This document shows, in pieces, positions 48,051-60,470 of a DNA stretch of 64,000 nucleotides; position 1 is the stretch's first letter, and each line of letters opens with the position of its first letter. Source of the DNA: Centroscyllium fabricii (taxonomy: Eukaryota); the NCBI GenBank assembly GCA_051313645.2, contig JBNRSN020000019.1:60698001-60762000 (forward strand). Direction: 5' to 3'. Both the position numbers and the translations under genes were made by a program. A model generated the notes under the pieces. It was not told where the DNA came from. It made no database searches and saw only the letters and a list, made by a program, of their open reading frames with translations.

Positions 48051-48153
48051 CTCCTTTGCATAGCAATACTGTTGCAATTTCATACAATAGTAAAAGTCAC
48101 CTGCAAGTTAAATCTGTTTGATTTTTGCCCATGTATACCTGTCTATATAATGA

Positions 48154-48365
48154 TGTGGAGGTGCCGGTGTTGGACTGGGGTGGACAAATGTAAGAAGTCA
48201 CACAACACCAGGTTATAGTCCAACAGTTTTATTTGAAATCACAAGCTTTCGGAGCGCTGCTCCTTCGTCAGGTGAAAGTCCTGAGGAAGGAGCAGCGCTC
48301 CGAAAGCTTGTGATTGTAAATAAAACTGATGGACTATAACCTGGTGTTGTGTGACTTCTTACATT
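48154..48365. mobile_element. Penelope-derived mini hairpin element with two hammerhead cores
   Basis: Inverted arms around about 48275, with CTGAGGA or CTGACGA-aggagcagcgctcc-GAAA-gctt on opposite strands. TSD ctatataatga. Confidence 0.85.
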
Positions 48366-48464
48366 AGGCTATATAATGACAGTGTAGTAGATTCCATTCG
48401 GCTCTATCAAAAACATTTTCCCAAACAGAGCTAGTTTCATCAGGTCTAAGAGGGAAAAAGACAA

Positions 48465-48770
48465 ATTCCATTTTTCTAGCGCCTTTCACAACCTCAGGAC
48501 GCCCCAAAGCGCTTTACAGCCAATGAAGTATCTTTTGAAATGTAGTCACTGTTGTAATGCAGGAAATACGGCAGACAATTTGCACACGGCAAACTCGCAT
48601 AAACAGCAATGTGATAATGACCAGATAATCTGTTCTGGTGATGTTGATTGAGAGATAAATATTGGCCAGGGCACTGGGGATAACTCCCCTGTTCTTCTAA
48701 ATAGTGCCATGGGATCTTTTACGCCCACCTGAAAGCGCAAACGGGGCCTCGGTTTAACGTCTTAACCGAT
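48465..48770 (-). mobile_element. Deu-SINE fragment
   Basis: Reverse complement of gacgttaaaccgaggcccc...gtaaaagatcccatggcact, plus an L2-like tail. Confidence 0.75.
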
Positions 48771-49149
48771 TTTCTTGTAGGCAATTGCTAGTTGTTTAAT
48801 AACTGGACACAACGTTAACATTCAGGCCACCATTACAAATATGACTGAAGCTCAGCACATTCCAAGTAGTCATAATAAAGCATCTAATTTATATTAATAT
48901 ATACAGTTTTAAACTTGGTTTGATTTGGTTTTGGTGTCAATGCCATAACTGGTTGGAGTTCTCTTGGAAGTAATACTACGGATCTGTGTCAGGCCCTTAA
49001 TGTATTCATCAGCAAGCATTGTAATCTGCAACATATCACATACTCTGTATTGTACCATGACCTGAGAAAGAGTGGCAATTTTGTCCAACTCAGAAAAAGG
49101 CAAGTGAAAAGATTGTAACAATTATTAAAAAACACACGAATGTAAGCAC

Positions 49150-49323
49150 CTTATTTTGAGCATTCGGGTGTGCATCATGTTCCATCAAATGCATTACCAA
49201 AGAGATGTTAGGGATCAGGGCAGCCAGATGCAGGGCAGTATTTCCATTAATGTCCACAAGGTTAGGATCAGCATCATGGCTTAGTAAGATAACAGCACAA
49301 CGCTCCTGTTTGCACTGTACTGC
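49150..49323 (-). CDS. ANKRD26: Ankyrin-repeat gene, exon B (174 bp)
   Basis: ccacag| ... |gtgctt. Encodes AVQCKQERCAVILLSHDADPNLVDINGNTALHLAALIPNISLVMHLMEHDAHPNAQNK, phase 0-0. Confidence 0.92.
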
Positions 49324-49982
49324 CTGTGGATGACATAACAAAAGGACATTTGTACAGTAACAATTTTTCACAACTGGATACATTTTTAATTTATCAACTA
49401 CCCTGTACTAGCAAATCTGGACTATAAATTGCATTGGCTTTGCCAACAATTCACAATTAAATAAAGTTCTGTGACATAGGATACACTATTTATGGGGCAT
49501 CATTTAATTGAAAACTTATTACAGTATAAGAACTCACAGTACTTGTTACTCCTGTAGGTGGCACTGTGATAGGTAGTTACAATGTAAAAGGTGGCACATT
49601 GCATGACACACAATAGCTTGCATGACACACAATAGCTGCTATTTTATATAGCATATATAGCATATATATATGCTGCTATAGAGAGAGCATATTATCTAAG
49701 GATTACCAAATTGTCTTCTCTGTATTTTAATGCCTTCATTTAAGTGTTTGCTTAAAAGCCCCCACATCAGGCTTGAATTTGATATTTTGCCCAGAACTGT
49801 GATTGGGAGCTGAATTTGGATTGTGCGGTCAAACACTGGATGCGCATCTGTACCAGTCAACGAAACTGATGGGATATTTTGCTGTAGTTTCTAGCACTTT
49901 TTGCTCACTAGTTTTTCTTCAACTCATTTTGAAAATTAACGAGGGCATATGACCTAGTCTCAGGCTTTTGTTAATACAGGTA

Positions 49983-50291
49983 CAGGTGATTATTCCTTTA
50001 TCCGAAGTTCCGGAATCCGAAAACCAAAAGTTTTTTTGGAGCGTCACATGACTCGAGTTGCGCCTAAACCAGGTGTTTATGAAGCTTCCCAGTCCACCCG
50101 CGGGTCCAATTCCTCCCCGAGCCCACAATCTCTTACCGCCTCCCGGGAGCGTCTCTTACGTTTCAGACCACTGCCAACACGGCAATGCGCAGGCGCCATT
50201 CCGCGCCTGCGCACCGTTCCGAAATCCGAAAAATCCCGAAATCCGAAACCCATCTGACCCCAAGAGTTTCGGATAAGGGATTGTGGACCTG
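49983..50291. mobile_element. pogo/Tigger-like MITE
   Basis: ta|caggtgattattcctttatccgaa ... ttcggataagggattgtggacctg|ta. Confidence 0.85.
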
Positions 50292-51061
50292 TACTGTTTA
50301 CAAACCAGCCATTAAGCTATGCAAGATGTGCTGAGGTAACAAATTTTACAATGTTCCCTTTCTATCAGTGGGGAAGAGGCAAGCCTTTGGTTACCATCTT
50401 GGGGAACTCAGCCCACGGGGACATAGGAACAGGAGTAGATCATTCAACCTCTTGAGCCTGTTTGGCCATTCAATTAGATCATGACTGATCTGTATCGCAA
50501 CTCCATTTATCCACCTTGGTTCCATATCCCTTACCCAACAAAAATCTATCAATCTCAGTTTTGAAATTTTAAATTGACCTGGCATCACCAGCTTTTTGGG
50601 GAAAGAGTGTTCCAGATTTCTACTACTTTCTGTATGAAGGGAAGTCGTGAACACATACCTACAGCCTACCACTCAACAGCACATTGCTTTGTCAAAGGAT
50701 TACATAGTTGGGGGATATTTTTATTCATATTTACTGGTTTTCTCCTCTTCAGCGAATAAATAAAAAGTGAATACTGGATGGTGACATGGTAATTGCACAA
50801 ATCTTTCTTTACCACGGCTATTAATCGGAGTATCAGTGTATTAACCAGCCCTCAAATTTTCAATAAAGATGCTAACTTCTCAGGGATTATTGCAAGTTTA
50901 AAAGTTGCATCCCTTATAAATTCAATAGCTCTCAGGGTCCTGGTTGATTCAGCAGCCTAAGCCTACAAGTCCTACCCTCTCCACAAGATTCAAAGGCATC
51001 CCAGATTAATAGCATGAAAGGCTCATCTTTCTGGAAAGTCAAGAGTTTGAAGCGAAATAAG

Positions 51062-51206
51062 CTGTGCAATCTCCTCCTCAATCCCAATGACTGCCCGCCT
51101 GTGCAATCTCCTCCTCGATCCCAATGACCGCCCGCCTGTGCAATCTCCTCCTCGATCCCAATGACCGCCCGCCTGTGCAATCTCCTCCTCGATCCCAATG
51201 ACTGCC
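51062..51206. repeat. 37-bp tandem repeat, about 3.9 copies
   Basis: ctgtgcaatctcctcctcgatcccaatgaccgcccgc starts at 51062, 51099, 51136 and 51173. Confidence 0.95.
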
Positions 51207-51834
51207 AGGCATGCTTGGTCTTTTTGACTCCAAAGATGGTTCCGGGCACCAGAAAAAATAAAGCTTACAAAACAATTTAGTTTAATCATTTAACAGAACT
51301 GCAAAGATAGAGTATTCTAACCCACTCCAGAAAACAGAAATAGTGGCTTGAAAGCTCCCTTCTTATTTGCTCGGTTCTAAAATGCAACAGCTACGCTGCC
51401 TATATTTATACCCAACCTGTTCACTACAATTGCCAACTGGCCTTGCCTTTTTGCTATACTAGAACCTTCTGACTATGACTACTTACAATGTTGATGCGTA
51501 AAGGTCACACTCGTACAAATGTTCAGTATTTTTCCATTTTAGGAATAATGAACAACAGTGCCAAAACCACTGATTAACTCACCAGTCTGCTCTCACTAAG
51601 TTCCTAGAAGTGGACTTAAACCCTTTTGGTTAGGGGAGTGAAGTTGACAACAAACTGAGATTTTCCTCCCAACAGCAGGTAAATTTGTTAACATAAATAA
51701 CTCAATCTTTGTTGTTCCGACAGCAGCACTGACCCATTATCTTGTATGTCTTTAGATCTTTCCTTTACATCTAACATCATTGTGTGTAATCTTCCAATAC
51801 CGACATGATCCTAGTTATTGCACTTAAATTACAA

Positions 51835-52718
51835 TCAGAAGTGGAGATGTTCGCTGATAATTGCACACTGTTCAGCACCATTCGAGACTCGTCAGATACG
51901 GACGCAGTCCGTGTCCATATGCAGCAAGACCTGGACAACATTCAGACTTGAGCTGACAAGTGGCAAGTAACAGTCGCACCACACAAGTGCCAGGCAATGA
52001 CCATCTCCAACAAGCGAGACTCTAACCATCTCCCCTTGACATTCAATGGCATCATCATCGCTGAATCCCCCACTATCAACATCCTGGGGGGTTACCATTG
52101 ATCAGAAACTGAACTGGACCAGCCATATAAATACTGTGGCTACAAGAGCAGGCCAGAGGCTGGGAATTCTGTGACGAATGTCTCACCTCCTGACTCCCCA
52201 AAGCCTTTCCACCATTTACAAGGCACAAGTCAGGAGTGTGATGGAATACTCTCCATTTGCCTGGATGAGTGCAGCTCCAACAACACTCAAGAAGCTCGAA
52301 ACCATTCAGGATAAAACAGGCCGCTTGATTGGCACTCCATCCACCACCTTCAACATTCACTCCCTCCACCACCGGCGCACTGTGGCTGCAGTGTGTACCA
52401 TCTACAAGATGCACTGCAGCAACTCGCCAAAGCTCCTTCAACAGCACCTTCCAGACCCGCGACCTCTACCACTTAGAAGGACAAGGGCAGCAGACGCATG
52501 GGAACAGCACCACCCACAAGTTCCCCTCCAAGCCACACACCATCCTGACTTGGACCTGTATCGCCGCTCCTTCACTGTCACTGGGGCAAAATCCTGGAAC
52601 TCCCTTCCCAACAACATTGTGGGTGTACCTGCACCATATGGACTGCAGCGGTTCAAGGAGGCGGCTCACCACCATCTTCTCAAGGGTAATTAGAGATGGG
52701 CACTAAATGAAGGCCTAA
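51835..52718 (+). mobile_element. Zenon-like LINE 3' fragment (close to the 7536-8415 copy)
   Basis: Near-identical 171-aa C-terminal ORF. Confidence 0.88.
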
Positions 52719-54043
52719 ATGAATGTTAACATTCGCAAAGACCTGATCCAAACATTGACAGACTCGTGGGACCCCAGGTCCTCACTTTGGAAAGAGAATT
52801 ACACCTTCCTGCCACTCGTGGCAAGACAGTATCTAAGTTTTGCATCCCCCAGCTTCTCAGTCTGCAATGCAGAGAAAGTGCTAGGCGCTAACCAATTCTA
52901 TTGCTTGGATTCCCAAATTGCTGTAAGCTTTGTAATTAACTATAAATAGTAAATATATATATATTTTTAAATCAAGTATTGTGCAAGATTAATAATAGAA
53001 AATACAACTTTAAAATGAGGACTGAATCAAGTCTGCACACTATCATCCCCCCAACTATAACCCCACTACACCCTGGGATCATCCTTGGTCTCGACTTCCT
53101 TGTGCAGCAACATCGAGATCAAATAGTTGATTTTCTGAATCTGTGCATTTTAGCTTTTTTAATAACAAATGTTTAATGTTCAAATTCAGAAAAATTGGAG
53201 AATAACTAAATTAAAATGAATTCAGGCAAATATTCAAATTTACTCTACTCAAGACAAGATAACCCACACACACTGCTCACGATTTGGAATTTGGCATTTT
53301 TTAAAAATAGAGATTATTTGACATTACATGGCGAGTCAAGACCAAGTCGGGGGGAGGGCGGAGAAAGAGGGAAAGAGATAAAGCAGAACAGGAAGGAAGA
53401 AAATTGGGGTAAAAAAAAAGGGCGAGAAGAGAGAGGGGACAAAAGGATTGGAGGATGTTTGGGTGAAAACTGGTGATGTTGTTTCCCCGAGACCCTTTTT
53501 GCTGCTCTGTGGGGGAAGTGGGACAGCAACTAACTCCCCGCTCAGTTTAGGGAAGGGAAGGAAAAAGGACAAAAAGTTACACATTTGCTTTTAAATCTAT
53601 TGTTTTTAAATCTAACTACTTACCTTTACAGGGTACTAACATTTTTGCTGAGACGTAAAGTTAGGCTGCTTGAGAGCCTACAAATACATGCAGACTCAAC
53701 CTTTACAATCAACTAGTATTTTAGCAAACGTCGACTCTATATTTCTCTCCACCGATGCTGCCTGGCCTGCTGGGTGTTTCCAGCATTTTCTGTTGTTATT
53801 TCGGATTTCCAGCATCTGCAGTATTTTGCTATCGTAATCGTTTTAGCAGCTAAAGTTTGACATCCAAGATTGAACGCACTATTACAGTCCCACCTACATG
53901 TGGAACTGGCACTGTACACAAATGTTGACACAGAGCACAACACAAAAGTTTTGAAATGGAACGCTGCAGCCGACTCTTCGTTTTTAATATAAAAGAGATA
54001 TACGATATTTGGTCAATTCAGTAACTACTTATTTATTTCTTAC

Positions 54044-54158
54044 CTTCATCAAAGGGGAGCGATTATCATTGTCACAGATGTTCAGTTTTGATTTGTTTGC
54101 CACGAGGAAAGCAACTGCGTCTGCATGCCCAGCTGCACAGGCAAGATGCAATGGTGAC
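54044..54158 (-). CDS. ANKRD26: Ankyrin-repeat gene (ANKRD26/POTE-like), internal exon A (115 bp)
   Basis: Flanked by ccttctag| and |gtaaga. Encodes (R)SPLHLACAAGHADAVAFLVANKSKLNICDNDNRSPLMK, an ankyrin repeat. Ends in phase 0 and joins the next exon in frame. Orthology inferred from exon pattern and the downstream DSW..S..D motif. Confidence 0.9.
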
Positions 54159-54620
54159 CTAGAAGGAAAGTGAAAATGTAAATATGCTAATTTCTTTATC
54201 ACAGGACAGAACACTGCTAGGACATTAATGCAATCCACGTAAAGCATTCTAATATGCTTCCGCTTTTTAAAATAAATCATGTTTAAAGTAACATTGATGA
54301 ACATATTCTCCTGGACTGCAGAATCAGAGGATGTTACAACACAGGAACACAGACCATTTGGCCCATCAAATCTTTCCTGGTATATTCCTCCACGTGAATC
54401 ATCGTATCTAAATCGCACTGTCCAGCTTTCTCTCCAAACCCATGAATACCCAACAACTATTTAATTCAGTTTTAAAAGAATGAATTTATGAACTTGGCTT
54501 CAAACACTGTTTATGGTAGAAAATTCCACCTTCTGTATTAAAAATGTTTTTCTCCCTCTACTTAAATTCTCTTTCTAAGTCATCTTAAAATTCTGTCATC
54601 TTGTCACAATCTTGCCAACC

Positions 54621-55355
54621 AATTCAATTCAATTCAAGTTTTATTGTCATTGCAGAGTACTAGTACAATACAACGAGACGAAGACTTGACTCTCCTGAGA
54701 GTATGCAAATAAAAATAAATAAATTACATGCAAAATGCATACAGTAAAGTACATTATCAGGCGTGCAGGTACCGGAGTTTATTTTTAGAGTTCAGGAGGC
54801 TGACAGCCCTGGGGAAGAAGCTGTTCTGAAATCTAGTCGTGCGGGTGCAAATTGCTCTGTAGCGTCTCCCGGAGGGCAGGGGGCGAACAGACTGTGGCTG
54901 GGGTGTGTGGGGTCTTTAATAATGTTCATAGACCTCCGTAGGCAGCGTTTGAGGTAGATGCTTTCCATTGACGGTAGCTGGGTACCGGTGATTCGTTGGG
55001 CAGTTTTGACTACCCGCTGCAGGGTTTTCCGGTCCGAGATAGTGCAATTACCATACCAGACAGTGATGCAGCTTGTCAGTATGCTTTCTATTGTGCAGCG
55101 GTAGAAGTTGGAGAGGATGCCGGATGACAGCCTGGCTTTCTTCAGCTTCCTTAGGAAGTACAGGCGCTGTTGGGCCTTCTTAACCAGAGAGGAGGTGTTT
55201 AGTGACCAGGAGAGATCTTCTGAGACGTGGACCCCGAGGAACTTGAAGCTGGACACCCTTTCCACCTCAGCCCCTTGGATGAAGATGGGGGTGTGTCTTC
55301 TGCTTCCAGTCCTCCGGAAGTCCACTATGATCTCCTTGGTTTTCTTGGTGTTCTT
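54621..55355 (-). mobile_element. Rex1/Babar LINE 3' fragment
   Basis: VDFRR...VERVSSFKFLGV...KKAQQRLYFLRKL...FYRCTIESILTSCITVWYGNC, with a tail gacaataaaacttgaattgaattg. Confidence 0.9.
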
Positions 55356-55557
55356 GGAAACAATCCACCAATTATCTTACCATAACCTTTCATGAAGACC
55401 TCTATCTGGTCACTACCTTAACCTCCTCATCTATAATGAAAAATCCTCATTTTTGAAGTCTCACTTCATTGTTAACACCACACCCTTGATGATATCTATG
55501 ATGTGGAGGTGCCGGTGTTGGACTGGGGTGGACAAATGTAAGAAGTCACACAACACC

Positions 55558-55876
55558 GTGGGCGGCACGGTGGCATAGTGGTCAGCACTGTTGCCTCACA
55601 GCGCCAGGGGCCCGGGTTCAAATCCGGCCTCGGGTGACTGTCTGTGTGGAGTTTGCACATTCTCCCCGTGTCTGCGTCGGTTTCCTCCGGGTGCTCCGGT
55701 TTCCTCCCACAGTCCAAAGATGTGCGGGTTAGGTTGATTGGCCAGGATAAATTGACCCTTAGTGTCAGGGGGATTAAATATGTAGGGTTACGGGGACAGG
55801 GTGGCATATGTGTCGGTGCAGGCTCGATGGGCCGAAATGGCCTTTATCTGCACTGTAGGGATTCTATGATTCAATG
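55558..55876 (+). mobile_element. V-SINE inserted in the Penelope arm
   Basis: tRNA head, V-domain, TSD aacacc. Confidence 0.92.
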
Positions 55877-56531
55877 AACACCAGGTTATAGTCCAACAGT
55901 TTTATTTGAAATCACAAGCTTTCGGAGCACTGCTCCTTCGTCAGGTGAAGTGAAGAGATGCACATAGGCACAGCATATATAGTCAGAAAACAATGCTAGA
56001 TGATTACAGGTAATTTTTCTAACTGCCCTTTATCACACCTCGGCAGAGTGATAATCACTGCAATCATAGGTGTAAATGGTGTCCAAACAGGTCAGTCAAC
56101 AAAATATTCCATCAAAGAAGAATGAGGTGGGGTCACAAGAGGTCAAATGTTGCACAGGCTGCATGAAAAACAAAAAACAAACAGAGCAATAAAAAATGAA
56201 ATGAAATAAAAATGTTTTGCTGGAAATCACAGCAGGTCCAGCCGCATCTGTGTAGAGAGAACAAGCCAACGACGATTCGAGTCTGGATGATTCTACGTCA
56301 GGTGGGGTTACATGTAGCGTGACATGAAGCCAAGATCCCGGTTGAGACCGTCCTCATGAGTGCGGAACATGGCTATCAGTTTCTGCTCGATAACTTTGCG
56401 TGGTCGTGTGTCTCGGAGCGGAGAAACTATGTCATGTTCTTCGCAGCCTTCAACATGTCATCGATGACGACAAACACCTCGCTAAGGCCATCCCCACGCC
56501 TCCACTACTCACCTTCAAACAGCCGCCTAAC

Positions 56532-56810
56532 ATAATAATAATAATAATTCAACTTTATTGTCATTATACAATGTACAAGTACATGAACAACGAAATGTGA
56601 TCTTGCAAGCTCCCAAGAGTCCAGCAAAGCCGCTGCGTCTGTGCGCGCCGCCATTCCATCTTTCCATCATTCCGACAATCTTCAGCCAACCGCCCCTCCC
56701 CGGGGCTCCTTTCGTGACCTTCTGCACCTGGCATTCCCTGGTGGTCGCCCCTCCAAGTACTAACCAGGCCTGGCTCTGCTTAGCTTCCAAGCCTTGCCAG
56801 TGGCCCTGTC
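56532..56810 (-). mobile_element. 5S rRNA-derived SINE (SINE3-like) with a Rex1-like tail
   Basis: Minus strand ttggaagctaagcagagccaggcctggttagtacttggaggggcgaccaccagggaatgccaggtgc resembles the 5S internal control region. Tail aatgacaataaagttgaa(tta)n. Splits the Penelope ORF at KQPPN|LKQT. Confidence 0.82.
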
Positions 56811-59354
56811 CTCAAACAGACCATCGTTCGCAGCAAATTACCCAGCTTTCAGGAGAACAGCAACCACGACACCACACAACCCTGCCACGGCAACCTCTGC
56901 AAGACATGCCAGATCATCAACACAGATACCATCATCACACATGAGGACAGCACCCACCAGGTACATGGTACATACTCATGTGACTTGGCCAATGTTGTCT
57001 ACCTGATACGTTGCAGGAAAGGATGCCCCGGAGCATGGTACATCGGCAAGACCATGCAGACACTGCGACAACGGATGAATGGACACCACACCACAATCGC
57101 CAGGCAGGAGTGTTCCCTCCCAGTCGGAGATCACTTCAGCAGTCAAGGACATTCAGCCTCCGATCTTCAGGTAAGCATTCTCGAAGGTGGCCTTCGAGAC
57201 ACACGACAACGCAAAATCGTCGAGCAGAAACTGATAGCCAAGTTCCGCACTCATGAGAACGGCCTCAAACGGGATCTTGGCTTCATGTCATTTACATGTA
57301 ACCCCACCTGACGTAGAGTCATCCAGACTCGAGTCATCGTTGGCTTGTTCTCTCTACACAGATGCGGCTGGACCTGCTGTGATTTCCAGCAAAACATTTT
57401 TATTTCATTTCATTTTTTATTGTTCTGTTTGTTTTTTGTTATTCATACAGCCTGTGCAACATTTGACCTCTTGTGGCCCCACCTCATTGTTCTTTGATGG
57501 AATGTTTTGCTGACTGACCTGTTTGGATACTATTTACACCTATGATTGCATTGGTTATCTCTCTGCCAAGGTGTGATAAAGGGCAGTTAGAAAAATGACC
57601 TGTAATCATCTAGCATTGTTTTCTGACTATATATGCTGTGCCTGTGTGCATCTCTTCACTTCACCTGACGAAGGAGCAGCGCTCCGAAAGCTTGTGATTT
57701 CAAATAAAACTGTTGGACTATAACCTGGTGTTGTGTGACTTTTTACATTTGATAATATCTGCAGCTTTGCAATTGCTTTTGATCCTTTTGCCTGAATAAA
57801 ACATTTTAAAAGTAAAAGGAAACTATTAGAATATATTTCTGGAACATATTGATGCCAACAATTCTTAATAACGCAGTAACAGTTTCAGGAAGGAGACGAC
57901 CGTTGGTCCATCCAGCCCACCTAGCCATAGTATTTCTTTGGCACATTTCTAATAACCCTGAAACTTATTTGTTGACAAGAACCTGGTTATAGTAACTAAG
58001 ATTATATGTGGATGCTTGGTCAAAGATTCTTTTCTGTAAATCACAGTCAACTATACATTTACTCGGGCCTGGACTAATAATCCAAAGACTGAGTTCAAAT
58101 CCCACCACGATAGTTTGCGAATTTGAAATCAGCTTAAAAAAAACCAATTAAGAATAAAAAGCCAGTATCAGTAGTAGTGACCATGAAGCTATCAGACTGT
58201 CAGAAAAACCCATCTGGCTCACTAATGTCCTTCAGGGAATAATCCTGCTGTCCTTACCCAGATTGGCCAAAATGTGCCTCCAGACCCCCATCCTCTGAAA
58301 TGGCCTAGCAAGCCACTCTGTTGTATCAAACCGCTACAAAGTAGCATAATACCAATAAAACTGGACAGACCAATCAGCTTCAACCTAGGCATCGGATTTG
58401 GGTGTGACAAAGGCATACCCAGCCCAGTCGACCCTGAAAAGTCCTTCTCTCTCACATCTGGGGACTTGTCCAAAAATTGGGAGAGCTGTCCCACAGGCAA
58501 ATCAAGCAACAGCTTGACATAGTCATACTCAGATTATTCAGAATCATACCTATCAGCCGACATCCCTGATTCCTCCATCGCCATCCCTTGCCAGAGGTAG
58601 CAGCACAGTGATATACAGTCGGGACGGAGTGACCCTGGGAGTCCTCAACATTGACTCTGGATGCCATGATATCACATGGCTTCAGGTCAGGCATGGGCAA
58701 GGAAACCTCCTGCTGATTACCACCTACCGCCCTCCCTGATGAATCAGTACCCCTCCATGTTGAACACCACTTGGAAGAAGCACGGAGGGTAGCAAGGGCA
58801 CACAATGTACTCTGGCTGGGGGTACTCCATTGTCCATCACTGAGAGTGGCTTGGCAGTACAACCACTGACCCTGAAGGACATAGCTGCCAGACTGGGCTT
58901 ACAACATGTGGAGAGAGAATCAACATGAGCTAAAAACCTACTTGACCTCGTCATAGAGTCATACGGCACAGAAGGCGGCCATTCAAACCATCGAGTCCAT
59001 GCCGGCTCTCTGTAGAGCAATCCAGTCAGTCCCATTCTCCTGCTCTATCCCCGGAGCCCTGCAAGTTTATTTCACTCAAGTGCCTATCCAGTCTCCCCTT
59101 GAAAACATTGAGTGTCTCCGCTTCCACCACTTCCATCAGCAGCGAAAATCCAGGTCCTCACCACTCACTGTGTCACATCCCACCTGTATCTCTTACCCAA
59201 AACCTTAAATCTGTGTCCTCTAATCCTTGTACCATCAACTAGTGGGAACAGCCTTTTCACGTCTAGCCTATCCAAACCTATCATAATCTTGTACACCTCT
59301 ATCAAATCCCCCCTCAACCTCCCCAAACAGTCCTCCCCAATCTGCCTGTTTCAC

Positions 59355-59755
59355 GAAACACAGAAACATAGAAGATAGGAGCAGGAGTAGGCCATTCGGC
59401 CCTTCGAGCCTGCTCTGCCATTCAATGAGATCATGGCTGATCATCCAAACCCAGCACCCCGACCCTGCCTTGTCCCCATATCCCTCGATCCCTATCGAGC
59501 CTGCACCGACACATATCCCACCCTATCCCGGCAACACCACACATTCAATCTCCCTAACACTAAGGGTCAATTTATCCTGGCCAATCAACCTAACCCGCAC
59601 ATCTTTGGACTGTGGGAGGAAACCGGAGCACCCGGAGGAAACCGACGCAGACACGGGGAGAATGTGCAAACTCCACACAGATAGTACCCGAGGCTGGATT
59701 TGAACCCGGGTCTCTAGTGCTGTAAGGCAACAGTGCTAACCACTATGCCACCACC
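59355..59755 (-). mobile_element. V-SINE (HE1-like)
   Basis: Same family as 15757-16157. Confidence 0.9.
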
Positions 59756-59894
59756 ACCGAAAGCATTGGTAGGAGTGACCACCGCACAGTCCTTGTGGAG
59801 ATGAAAGACCAGTCTTCACATTGAAGACACCCTCCATCGTATTGTAAGGTACTACGTGCTAAATGGGATAGATTAAGAACTGGAATTCTCTGCC

Positions 59895-60357
59895 CCACTA
59901 GGTTGATTCCAGTGATGAGGGGGTTTGACTTATGAAGAAAGGTTGAGCAGGTTGGGCCTATACTCATTGGAATTTAGAAGAATGAGAGGTGATCTTACTG
60001 AAATATAAGATACTGAGGGGGCTCGACAAGGTAGATGCAGAGGATGTTTCCCCCTGTGGGGAAATCTAGAACTCGGGGGCATAGTTTCAGATTAAAGGGT
60101 CGCCCTTTTAGTACTGAGATGAGGTGGAATTTCTTCTCTCAGAGGGTTGTAAATCTGTGGAATTCTCTGCCCCAGAGAGCTGTGGAGGCTGGGTCATTAA
60201 ATACATTTAAGGTGGAGATAGACAGATTTTTGCAAGATAAGGGAGTAAAGGGTTATGGAGATTGGGCAGGGAAGTGGCTCTGAGCCCAAGATCAGCCATG
60301 ATCTTATTGGCTCAAGGGGCCAAGTGGCCTATGCCTGTTCCTATTTCTTATGTTCTT
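59895..60357 (+). mobile_element. CR1 3' end
   Basis: TRGHSFRLKG...NFFSQRVVNLWNSLP and a ttcttatg tail. Confidence 0.88.
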
Positions 60358-60470
60358 AGATCCGAGATCTCAAAACTGGGCATCCATGAGGCACTGTAGG
60401 CTTATCAGCAGCAGCAGCACAATTGTATTCTACCACAATAGATTGGACTAGCATATCCCTCACTCTACTA

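Larger units (their letters stand above)
55499..57750 (+). mobile_element. 5'-truncated Penelope-like element with an inverted pseudo-LTR
   Basis: GIY-YIG motif NVVYLIRC...WYIGKT...RMNGH (about 56985-57311). The left arm (about 55525-56418) is an inverted copy of about 57195-57750. Hammerhead core at about 57665-57695. TSD tgatgatatct/tgataatatct. Confidence 0.92.

Noticed and set aside
50932-51289. ORFs repeating AVIGIEEEIAQ
   Set aside because: They are caused by a 37-bp tandem repeat that shifts frame with each unit.
55558-55635. tRNA genes (also at about 16085-16157 and 21060-21146)
   Set aside because: These are SINE heads continuous with SINE bodies.
56725-56792. 5S rRNA gene
   Set aside because: It is partial, diverged and fused to a retroposon tail, so it was called a SINE.
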